This document shows, piece after piece, positions 23,241 through 35,958 of a stretch of DNA of 64,000 nucleotides. Under the pieces are notes generated by a model. That model was not told the DNA's origin. It did no database searches and worked only from the letters and a program-made list of their open reading frames with translations. The stretch spans positions 112,284,001-112,348,000 of the forward strand of contig NW_024704743.1 in assembly GCF_018977255.1 (NCBI RefSeq). Direction: 5' to 3'. Origin of the DNA: Callorhinchus milii. Taxonomy: Eukaryota. Both the position numbers and the translations under genes were made by a program. Positions within the stretch are counted from its first letter, which is position 1. The number at the start of each line of letters is the position of its first letter.

Positions 23241-26046
23241 ACTGTTCGCCAGAAAAAAAGGGTTTGGCTAACAATCACATGACTAGCAGGTGCAATGCCA
23301 AACTCACTAAAAAACAATAAAAGTTTACTTTTATATAATGCACTTTTCACGTTGGTGTGACTGTGCATTTGGTGGACAAATGCAGCAGCCAATTTGCGCA
23401 CAACATTGTCGCACAAACAGCCATGTAGTGAATGATCAGTTTTACTCGCGGACTTGTTCACCAAGACACAAGAAGAAACTCTCTTCTCTTTTTGAATAGT
23501 TGAAAATGCTCCTTTGGAGCCAGACATCAAGGGTATTCGAATAATAATCCTTACATATGATATAGAGCCTTTTTGGTGGGAAGGACATTTCAAAGTGTTT
23601 CACAGGATTCACTGTAAAGTGTAATCTGTTTTTATATATGTTATGTATTTTATATTATATGTTGTTATATATTTTTTATATTATCTGTTTTTATATTATA
23701 TGTACAGTAGCTTTATGAATTCTGTATGTGTATGTGTGTGAATACAGTTTTAAAAAAACAACTTTTAAAAAAATTATTTAATATTAAGTTAATTGTAACT
23801 GCGAAAAGCAATGTTATAATTTTCAAATTGCAACACAAATTGCAGAAAAGAGGTGGGGATCCGCTCAGAATTCCTGAAGCTAAAGGGGCAACTGAACAAA
23901 ATGCAGCAGCTACTAGTTGAGCTGTTGGCAGTGCAAGTTTGCCTTTAAAATCTATTACAGCACATTCCACCTTTAAAATTCTGAACTGTTTTTTTTGAGG
24001 CAAGCAATTTGTGCCTTAGAGCAAGATTTGCAGAAACACCAAGCTCCATTAATTTCTATTAGAAGCGATCGTACTGTGTTGAAGTGGCATTTTGGATTCC
24101 CAATAACCATCAATACAGTAGCTTGTATCATCAATGTAAACAAAGCATCAGTGCTGCTTGTACAGCATTTCCTTCTATTGAGCTGCAATATCCCACTGGG
24201 ATTTTTTTAATTTAGTGTGGCAATATCCACAAAGGAGACTTCGCCGATTTTTTCTGCGGACTGAATCATATAGAAGAGAAAGATGACTTACATTCCCTCA
24301 GTGTCCATATGGGTGCCTGAGATTTGAGAGTCATTTTCTTATTGTTATCCTTTACATAAGCTTCTGAGATCCCTGGATTCCATGGCCTTTTTTTCAGATT
24401 TCAGTTTCCCACTTTATAAACTGGAAAATCCCCTAACATTGTACGGAATGTTTCCATTTAGATGGCAAGAGTAGTTCTTGCTGAAAACTGCAAGATGTGA
24501 TGGGTTCATTGGCACCGGTGACCATTATGTTATGGACTTTGAGCCCATACTGTAGGGCGAGGCTGACACTTCAGTGCAGTGCAAAGGGGGGTGTGCTGCA
24601 CTTTTGGAGGTGCTGTCCTTCTGCATGTTCAAGTGGACATTAAAGATCCTATTTGGCACTATTTGGCTGACAATTCTGCAGTTAAAATTGATCATTCACT
24701 TCACAGCTGTTTGTGGGACATTGCTGTGCATAAAGCGGCTACCACATTTACCTACAAAATACATAGTCACTACACTTTACAGTAACTCCTCTGAAGCGCT
24801 TTGAAATATCCTCCCGATGTGAATGGCACTGTACTAAATGCAAGGATGATTATAATTATTATGATTATCGTGAATTGAAAACTACTTGTAGAGCGAAGTT
24901 CCTGGGGGTCAGTGTAATACACTTCCTGGTTACCCTCAAGATTCGTTACTTGTGACTCATGTTATGAATATACAATGCAATACAAATTTCCATTTATATG
25001 ACATCTTTCATGTGGTATACCTATAAATATAAATTACATGTAAAAAAATTACGGTTTAAATGAATATCTCAGTTTGGACCCCACTATCTAACTATCTTTT
25101 CCAAAGCAATCACAGAAGACTATCTCTTATTGTTAAGACTCTTACCTCTTAAGACTCCATCCTATTATTTTTATAGGCAAACCAGGAAACTAACCACGCA
25201 AATGTCTACAGCTATTTCATGGGTTTTTGCTTTAGAACAACTTTCCCAAAAAGGTAATTGATGTGAGCCAGCCAAAAGAGCCCCAAGTCATAAACCTCAG
25301 ACTCCGATTAAAAGTGTACTGTCAATTATTGTCAATGCAAAAAAGAGACTTTTTGCTGACTGCATCTTATTTGCTGTAATGATCATGGTGACTTTATGGC
25401 CTAAGCTGTTCATCATTGTTCCAGGGACTGAATGTACTCGATGAATTCACCTGTTGTCTAGCAACATAATTATAATGAAAGTTTGGACTCAGCAGACCTT
25501 CAAGTACATAATTTAAAAGTAAAGAAGTTTCCCCTTCTAAACAAAAGTAATAAATAACAAAGTTATCAAGATTATAAAATCTTTGTTCTGTTATTGGGAT
25601 GTAAATATCAAGCGTTCCTGCGGGAAAGAGATTGCGGGAAAGAGATCGTTGTCCAATAGTGTCTAACGCATTTATTATAAGGTTACTGTCTTTATGAAAA
25701 AGTGTTTGGCAAACGCTTGTTTTACAAACATAAGATGCAATACCTGAGTTGAAGCTGTTGTCATGGTCAAAATGGTGCAGGACTCTTTTAAGTTTTGTTT
25801 TGATCACCCGAATATCTGACACATGCAGAAAGCCAGTACTATGTTTAAGAGTATCCAACCAAAACTACTGAGATACCTACAAGGCAACAACCTTCTTATA
25901 ATATTGCTGTCTGGATCCAATATCTCAGAATCTGATTTGTAACGCAGTGTGAAAACAAAGCTTGATATCCATGTTATCACTTCCAGATCATTGTGTTGGC
26001 GCATGTGTGATAAACACAGGTGTGATAAGCTACCATCACTTCCTTT

Positions 26047-26413
26047 GTCCTGTAGCTCAGTGGTTAGAGCACTCGCCTCCCAAGCGAGAGGACCTGAGTT
26101 TGATTCCCGGGCAGGGCGAAACGTTGGGCAAGTTTCCTTACTCCACACGCCTCTGTTTACCAGGCAGTAAGTAGGAACCGGTTGGTAGAAGATTGGCGGA
26201 TCACATTTCCAGCGTCAATAATCCTTCAAATAAAATAAGCATAATTTGGTCACTAAATCCACGACTGTTTGTGGGACACTACTATGCACAATTGGCTGTC
26301 GTGTTTCACCCACAAAATATGCAGTCAATTCACTTTAAAGTATATCCTGTGAAGCGCTTTAAGACGACTCGAAGACGTGATAAAGCGCTATATCAAATGC
26401 AAGGATTATTATT
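26047..26413 (+). mobile_element. SINE (long form)
   Basis: tRNA head GTCCTGTAGCTCAGTGGTTAGAGC through the tail. Confidence 0.88.
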
Positions 26414-26816
26414 GTATATTATTTATGAAACTCACAGAAAATTATATAGCAGTAATCTGGAAGACAAACATTTTTTAGTGTGGGAAGCTGGCACAGGACG
26501 CTTGTTGTACTAAGCTTCTGGTAGCCTGGGACCAGTTTAGTCTCGGGTTCTAAGTGAAACCTAGCTGAACCAGACACATTCTAAGGGGTCGCCCAGTATA
26601 TATGAAAATTTCTGCTTATCTAATAAGGAGTGAGCACTGTCTCACTGAAGGGACCTACCGTGTTTATCTAATTCTGGAGGGCTTATGGTCAGGTTTTCAA
26701 GAGCCAAAGTTTGCGACCCCCAGAATGTGCATTGGAGTTTGAAGTTTGAAGTGCTCTGGGACGCTACCCTGAATGACGGGCACTATATAAATACAAGTTG
26801 TTGTTGAACACTGGCA

Positions 26817-27674
26817 AGCGAGGCTTGACTATGCAAACTCCTTGCTTGTTGGCCTCCCCAACTCCTTTTTCCATAGACTGCAGATCATCCAGAACTCTGC
26901 AGCCCGTGTCCTCTCCCGCACCAGGCTCTGTGACCCTATCACCCACATCCTCACCCGACTCCACTGGCTTCCCATCACACAGAGGATACAGTTCAAGATC
27001 CTGGTCCTCACCTTCAAAGCTCTCCATGGTCTTGCTCCCTCCTACCTTTGCAACCTCCTAACCCCCTACCATCCTGCCCACTCCCTCCGCTCAGCAGGCG
27101 CCGGCCTGCTTCACGTCCCCCACCTCCCCTGCTCCACCATTGGTAGGCCAGCCTTCTGCCACTCTGCACCCACCCTCTGGAACTCCATCCCACAGTCCCT
27201 CCGCCTCGCCCCTCCTCTGCTTCCTTCAAGACCCATCTCAAGACCCTCTTCTTCGACTGTGCTTTCGATCTCCCTGCAATCCGAAACTCTGATTGTCCAG
27301 GGCGTTGGGATGTCCTGTAGCTCAGTGGTTAGAGCACTCGCTTTGCAAGTGAGAGACCTGAGTTCAATTCCAGGCAGGGCGTAACCCTGGGCAAGGTTCC
27401 TTACTCCACACGCCTAATAATAATCCCTCCAAAAAACAAAACAATAATAAATTGGTCATTTTCAACCCATGACTGTTTGTGGGACATTGCTGTGCGCAAT
27501 TGGCTGTTGCTTTCTCACACAAATATACAGTCAATTCACTTTACAGTATGATCTGTGAAGCGCTTTGGGACGTCTAGAAGACGTGAAAAGCGCTATATCA
27601 AATGCAAGGATTATTATTATTATGTCCTCCCGACGTGAAAGGCGCTTTTCAAATGTAATTTTGTTGTTGTTGTT
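26817..27674 (+). mobile_element. L2 3' fragment interrupted by a SINE
   Basis: LQIIQNSAARVLSRTR...LHWLPITQRIQFKIL; tail resumes at 27622 and ends in (TTG)n. Confidence 0.9.
27312..27623 (+). mobile_element. Young SINE (short form) in the L2 terminal stem-loop
   Basis: Full consensus; ATGTCCT duplicated at 27310-27316 and 27622-27628. Confidence 0.9.
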
Positions 27675-27789
27675 ACTGCTGGTTATCCACGTAGGACTCC
27701 CTAGCCCTGAAGGCTTTGACTTGTAATGTTAACAAGAGTTAATGGTTCAATGGTTCCATCAGTTGGGGGCTATTTGTGAGAATAACATG

Positions 27790-28075
27790 TCCTACAAACA
27801 ACAATGGGCTGAATGATCAATTTTATCTGGGGGTTTGTTGGCCAGGACAGCAGGAGAAACTCCTTTTTCTTTTCAAATAGTGCGGCAGGATCTTTAACAT
27901 CCCCTGAACAGGCAAACAGAACCTGGGTTTACCTTCTCTGCCGAAGATGACTCTTCCGACAATATAACACTCCCCACAGCCTTGACTGTTAGTTCCAAGT
28001 CCGGATGTGTGGCTTGAACCCACGACCTCCTGACTCAGAGGCAGGAATGCTAGCAACTGAGCCGGACCGACACCT
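27790..28075 (-). mobile_element. Older SacSINE1-like SINE
   Basis: Minus strand GGCTCAGTTGCTAGCATTCCTGCCTCTGAGTCAGGAGGTCGTGGGTTCAAGCC...GTTAAAGATCC...CACTATTTGAAA. Confidence 0.8.
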
Positions 28076-28225
28076 TAATCCTGGATAACAAATCTGAGCA
28101 AACAAAATATTCTACATCCCCCTCTGGGGACTAGAAATTATGATAATACTCACCTTGCCTCAAGGAAGAATAAAGATGGTGCCAACCCAGGTGTGAAAGA
28201 ATCATTCTACTTCCTGGGAGAGAAG

Positions 28226-28244
28226 TACTGCCACCTGGTGGTCA
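28226..28244 (-). promoter_or_regulatory. Candidate CTCF site
   Basis: TGACCACCAGGTGGCAGTA closely fits the CCASYAGRKGGCRS core. Confidence 0.55.
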
Positions 28245-29514
28245 TGGATGCCAGTAATAATAATAATGATCATTGCATTTGATATAGCGTGTTATCCCGT
28301 CCTTGAGACGCCTCAAAGTGCTTCACAGGATTCACAGTAAAGTGTGATTACTGTGTATTTTGTGGGAGAAACGTGGCAGCCAATTACACACAATAATCCT
28401 TCAAATTTTAAAAACATTCTCCCAATATCAACAGTATAGCTTTCACAGCTTTTTATAGTTTAGAGGAAAATTAGTTGAGGAATGCAATCAACAGGTATCC
28501 AGAATAAAATACTGTCTGAAAGTATTGACAAGCACTTTGGGATATCCTCCCAACATGAAAGACACTGTACAAGAGTAAATTGTAATGTATTGTATTGAAA
28601 AGTCAAACTGTTTGTTGGCATCTAAAATCTTCCACAGCCAATTATTCATTGTTACTTTCTTTCACTTTCTTATAATGTTTAATGCTTTGTGGTCTGTTTC
28701 AGCAGTTCCATACTCACCAACGGTTTCCCTGGTGACAGGAAAGTGTGCCTTATTCCTTATTGGGATTAATATATTTTTGATAAAGTAGCAATCTTGTCAA
28801 GCATAAAGTAAATTCAAGTCAGTAGAGAGAGAAAAAAAACTCAGTGATGGGCTCATGTCAAAACAGGACAACAAAGGAGTAAAGTAAAACTGAACAGCTT
28901 GTTCTCTTACTGAAAATAATTGGTATTCAAGGATGAGTTCTCAGAAGGCTCATGAGTTATGGCTCTTTAACATTCAGCAAAGAACAGCACTAATATTCCG
29001 ACTCCCATCAAATACCGAGCGCTCCTACATTACATAACGTACCTGCCCTATAATCCAGGAAATGAATCACACCGTCACCTACTTTGAATGACCTGGGAGT
29101 GTAATGTGTGCATTTCTCTAAGTGGTCTCTTGCCATTCAATTCTCCAGCTCAAGTTACATTGACATATGACACAATAAATCCTCCCGTCTTATCGCCAGC
29201 TTCTTTGGGGTGAACAGTGATGCAATGCAAATATCTTTATCTTCCAAAGAATGCCAGGCAGTGAAGTGTGGTGAAAAGCAAGACTGTGTGCTTCAAATCA
29301 AGACAATTGCTTCAAATTCTGTTACAATTTTCTTTTCTACAAACAACACTAACACCATAAGGCAAGCAGCACAATTAACTTAATGCAATAGAATATATAA
29401 GCAATACAATTTAAATGCAATTTAAGTTTCTATAGCACTTTCACATTGGGAGAATGTCTCAAAGATCTTGACAATTCAGGCTGGGCAACCACGCTGGGGG
29501 TGAGATCCGAGATC

Positions 29515-30365
29515 AGGGCACCAGGAGAAACTCCCTTCTCTTTTCAAATAGTGCCATGGGATCTTTAACATCCACCTGAGCAGGAATAATAATAATAATA
29601 ATCCTTGCATTTGATATAGAGATTTTCACGTCTTCTCGACGTCTCAAAGTGCTTCACAGAACAGACTGTAAAGTGAATTGACTATATTTGTGGGCGAAAT
29701 GCGGCAGCCAATTGCGCACATCAATGTCCCACAAACAGTCGTGGATTGAAAATGACCAATTTATTATTGTTCTGTTTTGGAGGGATTATTATTAGGCGTG
29801 TGGAGTAAGGAACCTTGCCCAAGGTTTCGCCCTGCCTGGAATTGAAGCCAGATGTCTCGCTTGCAAGGCGAGTGCTCTAACTTCTCTGACCTCCTCTCTC
29901 CTCTGGCCTCCTCCTCGTCCCCCGTCCTCCGCTCCACCCTCGGCGGCCGTGCCTTCAGTCACTATGCCCCGAGGTTCTGGAACTGCCTTCCTCACTCCCT
30001 TCGCCTCGTTCCCTCCCTTCTCATTTTCAGGTCTCTGCTGAAGACCTTTCTTTTCGACCGCGACTTTGGTCACCTTCCTCCCCCTCCCCCTGGCTCGGTC
30101 CTGGGATCCGTTACTGTAAAACGCTCTGAGACACCCTCCGGCGTGGAGGGCGCTCTATAAATCCAAGTTGTTGTTGTTGTAACCACTGAGTTGCAGGACT
30201 TCACGATGCTTGCTCGGCTGAACATCTCATTTGAAGGATGGCGCCCCAAGCAGTGCAATGCCATCCCCAGCACTACACTGGACTGTAGGCCTGGACTGTG
30301 AGTTCAAAGTCTTAACGTGGTGCTTGAACCTAAATCTTCTGACTCAGAGGTGTGAGTGATACCAG
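29515..30365 (-). mobile_element. Three-level nest: old SINE > young SINE (29585-30200) > L2 fragment (29882-30180, + strand)
   Basis: Each host resumes its consensus on the far side of the insert; TAAC duplicated around the L2. Confidence 0.85.
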
Positions 30366-31620
30366 GCTGTATCATCGTATTGTCACCAATTTTACAATTG
30401 TCTGTCTTATCCTTATCAAATGGCCTCAGTAGCCCCTTTTGTGACCACAACAAATTTCAACTTGTCTAGTTTCCCTCCTTCCAATCTTATTCTGCATGGT
30501 ACAAACGATGAAACTCAGATTAACCCAGATAGGCAATAAATAAAACACCAGGGAAACACTCTTTAATCTGCATGGAATTAGGATGGAAATATATCAATAA
30601 TCACACTAGCGCCTTTCTCTAGTTAGAAAATTAACTAATAAACCTCTGATCTTAATGAACAACAGAATTACAAAAATGAATCATTATTAATAATAATAAT
30701 TCCTCGTATTTGTTATTATATCAGTGAGACATCTCAAAGCTCTTCACGGGATTTTATATAAAGCATCGGAGATGCTACCCCACGTGAAGTGCACAATATA
30801 AATGCAAGTTGTTGTTGAGTGTGCATTTTGTAGGAAAACACGGAAGCCACTTTACTTTGGGAGCATAACTCGTACCTTAACTCTATGACATGATCCTGAT
30901 AGGTTTGTGGCTTATAATATAATTCAGCCTGTGCATTGTTCCGTGTACTATCTATAATATTTCCCTGCATCATTCAGTTATATAAATCCCACTATCATTG
31001 CTTGTCATGGTGGATTACTGCCTTGTAATATATTTCAAGTTGTGTGTCATGTATCTCGCTGCTTGAGTTGACATATCCTCCATGTGGTTGCTTGCAGCTT
31101 TTTTATGCTAATATGTCACCTGTGAATCATACATAAATAATCTCTTTAGAACGAGAGCCTGAACATCATATTTTCTCTGGTTTATCTGTTATTTCTTCGT
31201 ACACTGTGTGATGGGAGTCTAAAATGGGATTCTGTAAATATACTGTAATAATAATCCTTACATTTAATACTGCGCTTTTTATGTCGGGAGACAACTCAAA
31301 GCTGCTTCGAAGCATTTGCTGTGAAGTGTAGTGATTGTGTATTTTGTAGGCGATTTCTAACAAAATCGCAAACTCTTACAGTGTAGGCTGACACTCAATG
31401 CATTGCTGTCGGTGTGCTGCAATGTCAGAGATGCCATTCTTTGAGGCGTTTTAACCAAGGTCTTGTCTGCTTGTTCAGATTGAATTTATTTATTCAGTGA
31501 AACATCACAATATCAATAATAAATAATCCTTACCCACAAATACACAATCACATAGTAAATAAATCCTGTGAAGCGTTATGGGACATCCTCCCGACGTTAC
31601 AGGCGCAAGGATTATTCGTA

Positions 31621-32175
31621 TTATTTGATATAGCTCCTGAGCACATTGTCGAGACATCGCAAAGCACTTCACAGGAGTCACTCTTCAGTGTAGTTACTGT
31701 GTACTTGTAGGTGGCACCTCCCACTTCTCCGACCCCCTCACTCCTCAATCCTCCACCTGGTGCCTCCGCTCGACTGGCTCCAATCTCCTGCTTGTCCTTT
31801 ACACCCTCCACTCCACTATTGATGGTCGCACTTTCAGCCACTACACCCCAAAACTTTGGAACACTCTCCCTCAATCCCTCCGCCTTGCCCCTCTCTCCCC
31901 TTTTTCAATTCCCGCCTGAAAACCTACCTCTTCGACCGACCTTACGGTCACCTGCCCCCCCACTGGTGCGGAGTCAGGCTCCACTACTGTTAAGGACTAC
32001 CCTGCATAGAGGGCGCTATATAAGTACAAGTTGTCGTTGTGAAAGCAGCAGTCAATTTGAGCACAGCAATGTCCCTCAAACAGCCAGGAAGCGAATGACC
32101 AATTTTACTGGTCATTGTTTGCCAGGACGCTAAGAAAAGCTGCCTTTTTTTTCAAATAGTGCCATGGGATCTTTA
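31621..32175 (-). mobile_element. Old SINE interrupted by an L2 3' fragment (~31713-32040, + strand)
   Basis: SINE tail on the left; SINE core resumes at ~32041; the insert ends GGGCGCTATATAAGTACAAGTTGTCGTTG. Confidence 0.7.
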
Positions 32176-34046
32176 ATAGTAATAATAATCATAATCCTTG
32201 CGTTTCACATAGTGCCTTATTACAAAGCAATATAGATTTATTATGTGATATTCTCTACCGGGTGCAGGGGAAATAATTAATTGGTGCCACAAAGTCTGCA
32301 CTTGGTACAATCAATGAATCGTTGAAATTTACCCTGTTGTGCAATCCTTGAGTTTCTTGAGCTTATTTTGCATGCTTGTTGTAATTTCACCATTTACTCA
32401 CATGGAGGTGTAGTGGAGCTTCCTATGAACTTCCTTTCATTTAATAATACTGCATGTAATGCAGTGCAGTATCACATTGTGAAGCGCTTCACAAGGTTAA
32501 CTGTAAAGTGCAGTGACTGTGTATTGTGATGGCGAATGCTGTCACCAATTTGTGCATAGCCACATCCCACAAACAGCCATGAAGTGAATCAATGATTTTA
32601 TTAGGAGGATTCTTGGTAAGGACATCGGAAGAAGCTCCCTTTCCTTTTTGAATAGTGCCATGGGATCTTTAATGTTCACCTGAATAGGAAGACAGGATCT
32701 TGGTTAATATCTCATCTAAAGCACTTTTATGAATGGATTAATCTTAAAATATCTCCATTTGAAATGTATTCATGAAAGTGACTAAACCATTCGTTGCTAA
32801 AAGGTTTCTATGTTGAAGCAATTAACTTCCTTTTATTACAAATGAAATTAACTATTGTTAGACTATTTTATATTATCATTATTATCGTCTTAACTGCATA
32901 TATAATCTTTTGACTAGATTTAATTAATTAATTAAAATACTAACACATATTAATGATTACATAATAATTAAATATAATTCAACACAAATGTTGTAGTTGG
33001 TTTTGTTAATTTTCTTGTTTAGATAAGAGTTGTAGAAGGTTTTGTAGACCTTCCTGTGCAAAAATTGGCTGCCCTGTTTGCCTACAAATACATAGTCACT
33101 ACTCTTCACAGTAGAATCCTGTGAATGCCTTTGAGACGTTTTAACGACATGCTAAGGCATTGTAACAAATGTAAGGATTATTATATATGGAATCGTCTTT
33201 CACACTTCTTGAATTGCTTAACAAACATGACGGAGAACTCAGAAAAAGGAGAAGGAAAGATGATCAAGGGTTTTGTTGTAAAGTATATCAAAAGGGTTTG
33301 CCTGTCAAAAAGGAGGGTTTTGAAGATGGAAAGAGAGGAAACAGACCAAATAGACTTCTAGAGGGCAAAGTATAGCGGCTGATGTCTTGGCTGCCAAGGG
33401 TGAGACAGTGGGAATGAAGAATAAACAAAGGACCAAAATTGGAGTGCAAACCTATGGAGTGCTGGCCTATATTACCAAATCAGTTGAGTTCGTGTCCTCA
33501 GGAGTCCCGCACATACCTGGAGTATTGTCCTCAGCAGTACTCCAGGTGTATCCTGGCCTGGCCTATCAACTCACAACTGGAGTCCAGTTGACAGATTTTG
33601 TCACTAAGGGGATTGCCCAGGCTCAACAGACAGTACAGGGGAGAATAACAAGGATAATCCCCAGTGTTAGAGAGTTGAGCTAAGAGCAATGATTTCCAGG
33701 AATCACAAGTCTTTAAAAAATCTCTAATTACTGTCTTACCATAAATTCTGTGAAGCGTTTTGATAAAGCGCTTTGATAAAGTGCTATACCAAATGCAAGG
33801 ATTACTGTTATTATAAAATATCTAGCAGGAGATCAACCTTAATTATGAATTATGGGATGAATGAAGTATGCTGATGTAGGGGAAATATTTTTCTGGGATA
33901 TTAAAGGCAATAATGAGGAGAAGGGAATAGAAGGATATGGGAGGGAGAAAGTCGTGAGTGGAGGCTTGTGAAATATAAACACTGGCATGGGCTGAATGTC
34001 CTGTTTCCGTGCTGTGCAATCTAAATCTATCCTGCATATATTATAC

Positions 34047-34421
34047 GAGTCCTGTAGGATAGTGGTTAGAGCATTCACCTTGCAAGCGATAGGACCTGGG
34101 TTTGACTCCTGGCAGGGCAAGTTTCCTTACTCCACACATCTCTGATCACCTATGAGTAAATAGGAAACCAGTTGTTAGTCGATTGGCAGATCGCTTTTCC
34201 GGGGTAATAGTCCCTTCAAAAAAATGATTAATAATAATAATTTGGTCACTGAATCCATGACTGTTTGTGGAACACTGCTGTGTGCAATTGGTTGCCACGT
34301 TTCGCTCACAAAATATACAGTCAATTCACTTTACAGTATATTGTGAAGCGCTTTGAGACGTCTCGAAGACATGATAAGGCATTATATCAAATGCAAGTAT
34401 TATTATTATTACTATTATTAA
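34047..34421 (+). mobile_element. SINE (long form)
   Basis: Head GAGTCCTGTAGGATAGTGGTTAGAGC, core and (ATT)n tail. Confidence 0.85.
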
Positions 34422-35952
34422 TTCTTTTTAGTTTGTTGCATTAATTGCAATTGAATTGAAGTGGTTATGATTCATTTCTCAGTTATCAGTTCTGTTTTTC
34501 TATCTATAGAACATTTACAGCATAATAACATAATCATATTATTAAGCATGTGTTTATTACAGATATGTTTTAGACTAGAATAAGTTCAGGGACAAAGTCT
34601 GCAGACTCATGTTAGTACACAAAGTCCACTGAAGAACTTCCAGCTCCTCACTATTCTTCATACTCCATGAAGAGTATCTTCCAGTGTCATTTCATTGGCT
34701 GTTTGTGGTACATTGCTATGCGCAAATTGGCTGCCGCATTCATCTACAAAATATACAGTCACTACATTTTCTAGTAAATCCTAAGGAGTGCTTTGAGACA
34801 TTTTGATGATATGATAATGTATTACATTAAATGTAAGCATTACTCATTTTTTATTATTATTTTAGAAGACCCTTTGTTGTTCAACCTTCCAGTTTAGATT
34901 CCAGCTTTTGCGATATTGTTCACCTACAAAGTACAGTCAATTCTGTAAGTGTTTTGATGGTTATGTAAAAGATGCAGTATCAAATGAATTATTATAATCT
35001 CATGATTTGAGCTTTACAAAAGAGCTTTTTAGAGATTTACCAAGGTCTGCCTACCCTGCGCTATCTACTTTACTAAAGAACAAATCTGCAGAACAATGGT
35101 ATAAAAACTGAACGTAGTTAGTGTTAGATAAGAATCAAGCTCATTATAGACCAAACTGAGCAAAACATGCTTTTTTTTGGCTGATCCCATCAAGCCTATG
35201 TGTATTTCTGCTTGGATTCACATTCATGCCTATCAAGTATTACACGATCTCCCAACCAACCAGTAACAATACACAGTTCACAGGACTATTGTGAATACCA
35301 GTATAGACCTGATCTTGAGTTCTAAATGCTTAAACTGTGTCCAAGTTTTGTATTAAGTTTTTATGGTATCTGTGTTTGATATGTATTGGTGGATATTATA
35401 TTGCAGACTGAACATAATGGTACGTTTAGGTACCAGGCTCTTCCTAGTTATAAATTAACTAGGTTATGTTATGAACAACCATAAAATGAGGCGCAAACCT
35501 GCGGCACGATGTTTAATGGCTTTGGCACAGTAATTGTTCAGTTGGTAACACCCTGAGTCAGTGCTGTGTAGTTGCAAACTGCACATCGGGACTTGAAGCA
35601 CATACTCCAGGCTGACACTACAGCCCAGTGTTGGGGGACTGCTGCACTGTCACAGATGCTGTTTTTTTTTGGATGAGATTTAAAACCAAAGCCCCATCTG
35701 CCTGCTCTTCAGGTTCAAGATCTCACCGAACAAGTTAAGTCAAGAAGAACGTTCCTCCCAGTATCCTGGCCAACACCCTCCTGATTATAATCAAGTGTGA
35801 AACTTTTAGGTGTTTAAACTGGTGGCCAAAAGTTAATTTCTGTGAAGTCTAAGAAAATTCAAGATCTTTTTTCTAATATACTAAAGATATTAATGAAACA
35901 CTCAAATTTGCAATTAATTCTGCTTTACAACTGGAAAAAGTTAACATTGATT

Positions 35953-35958
35953 TTTATT
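35953..35958 (-). terminator. Candidate HNF4G polyadenylation signal (implies a ~1.5 kb 3'UTR)
   Basis: First AATAAA I found on the minus strand downstream of the stop, at the end of an AU-rich, mostly repeat-poor tract. Confidence 0.5.
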
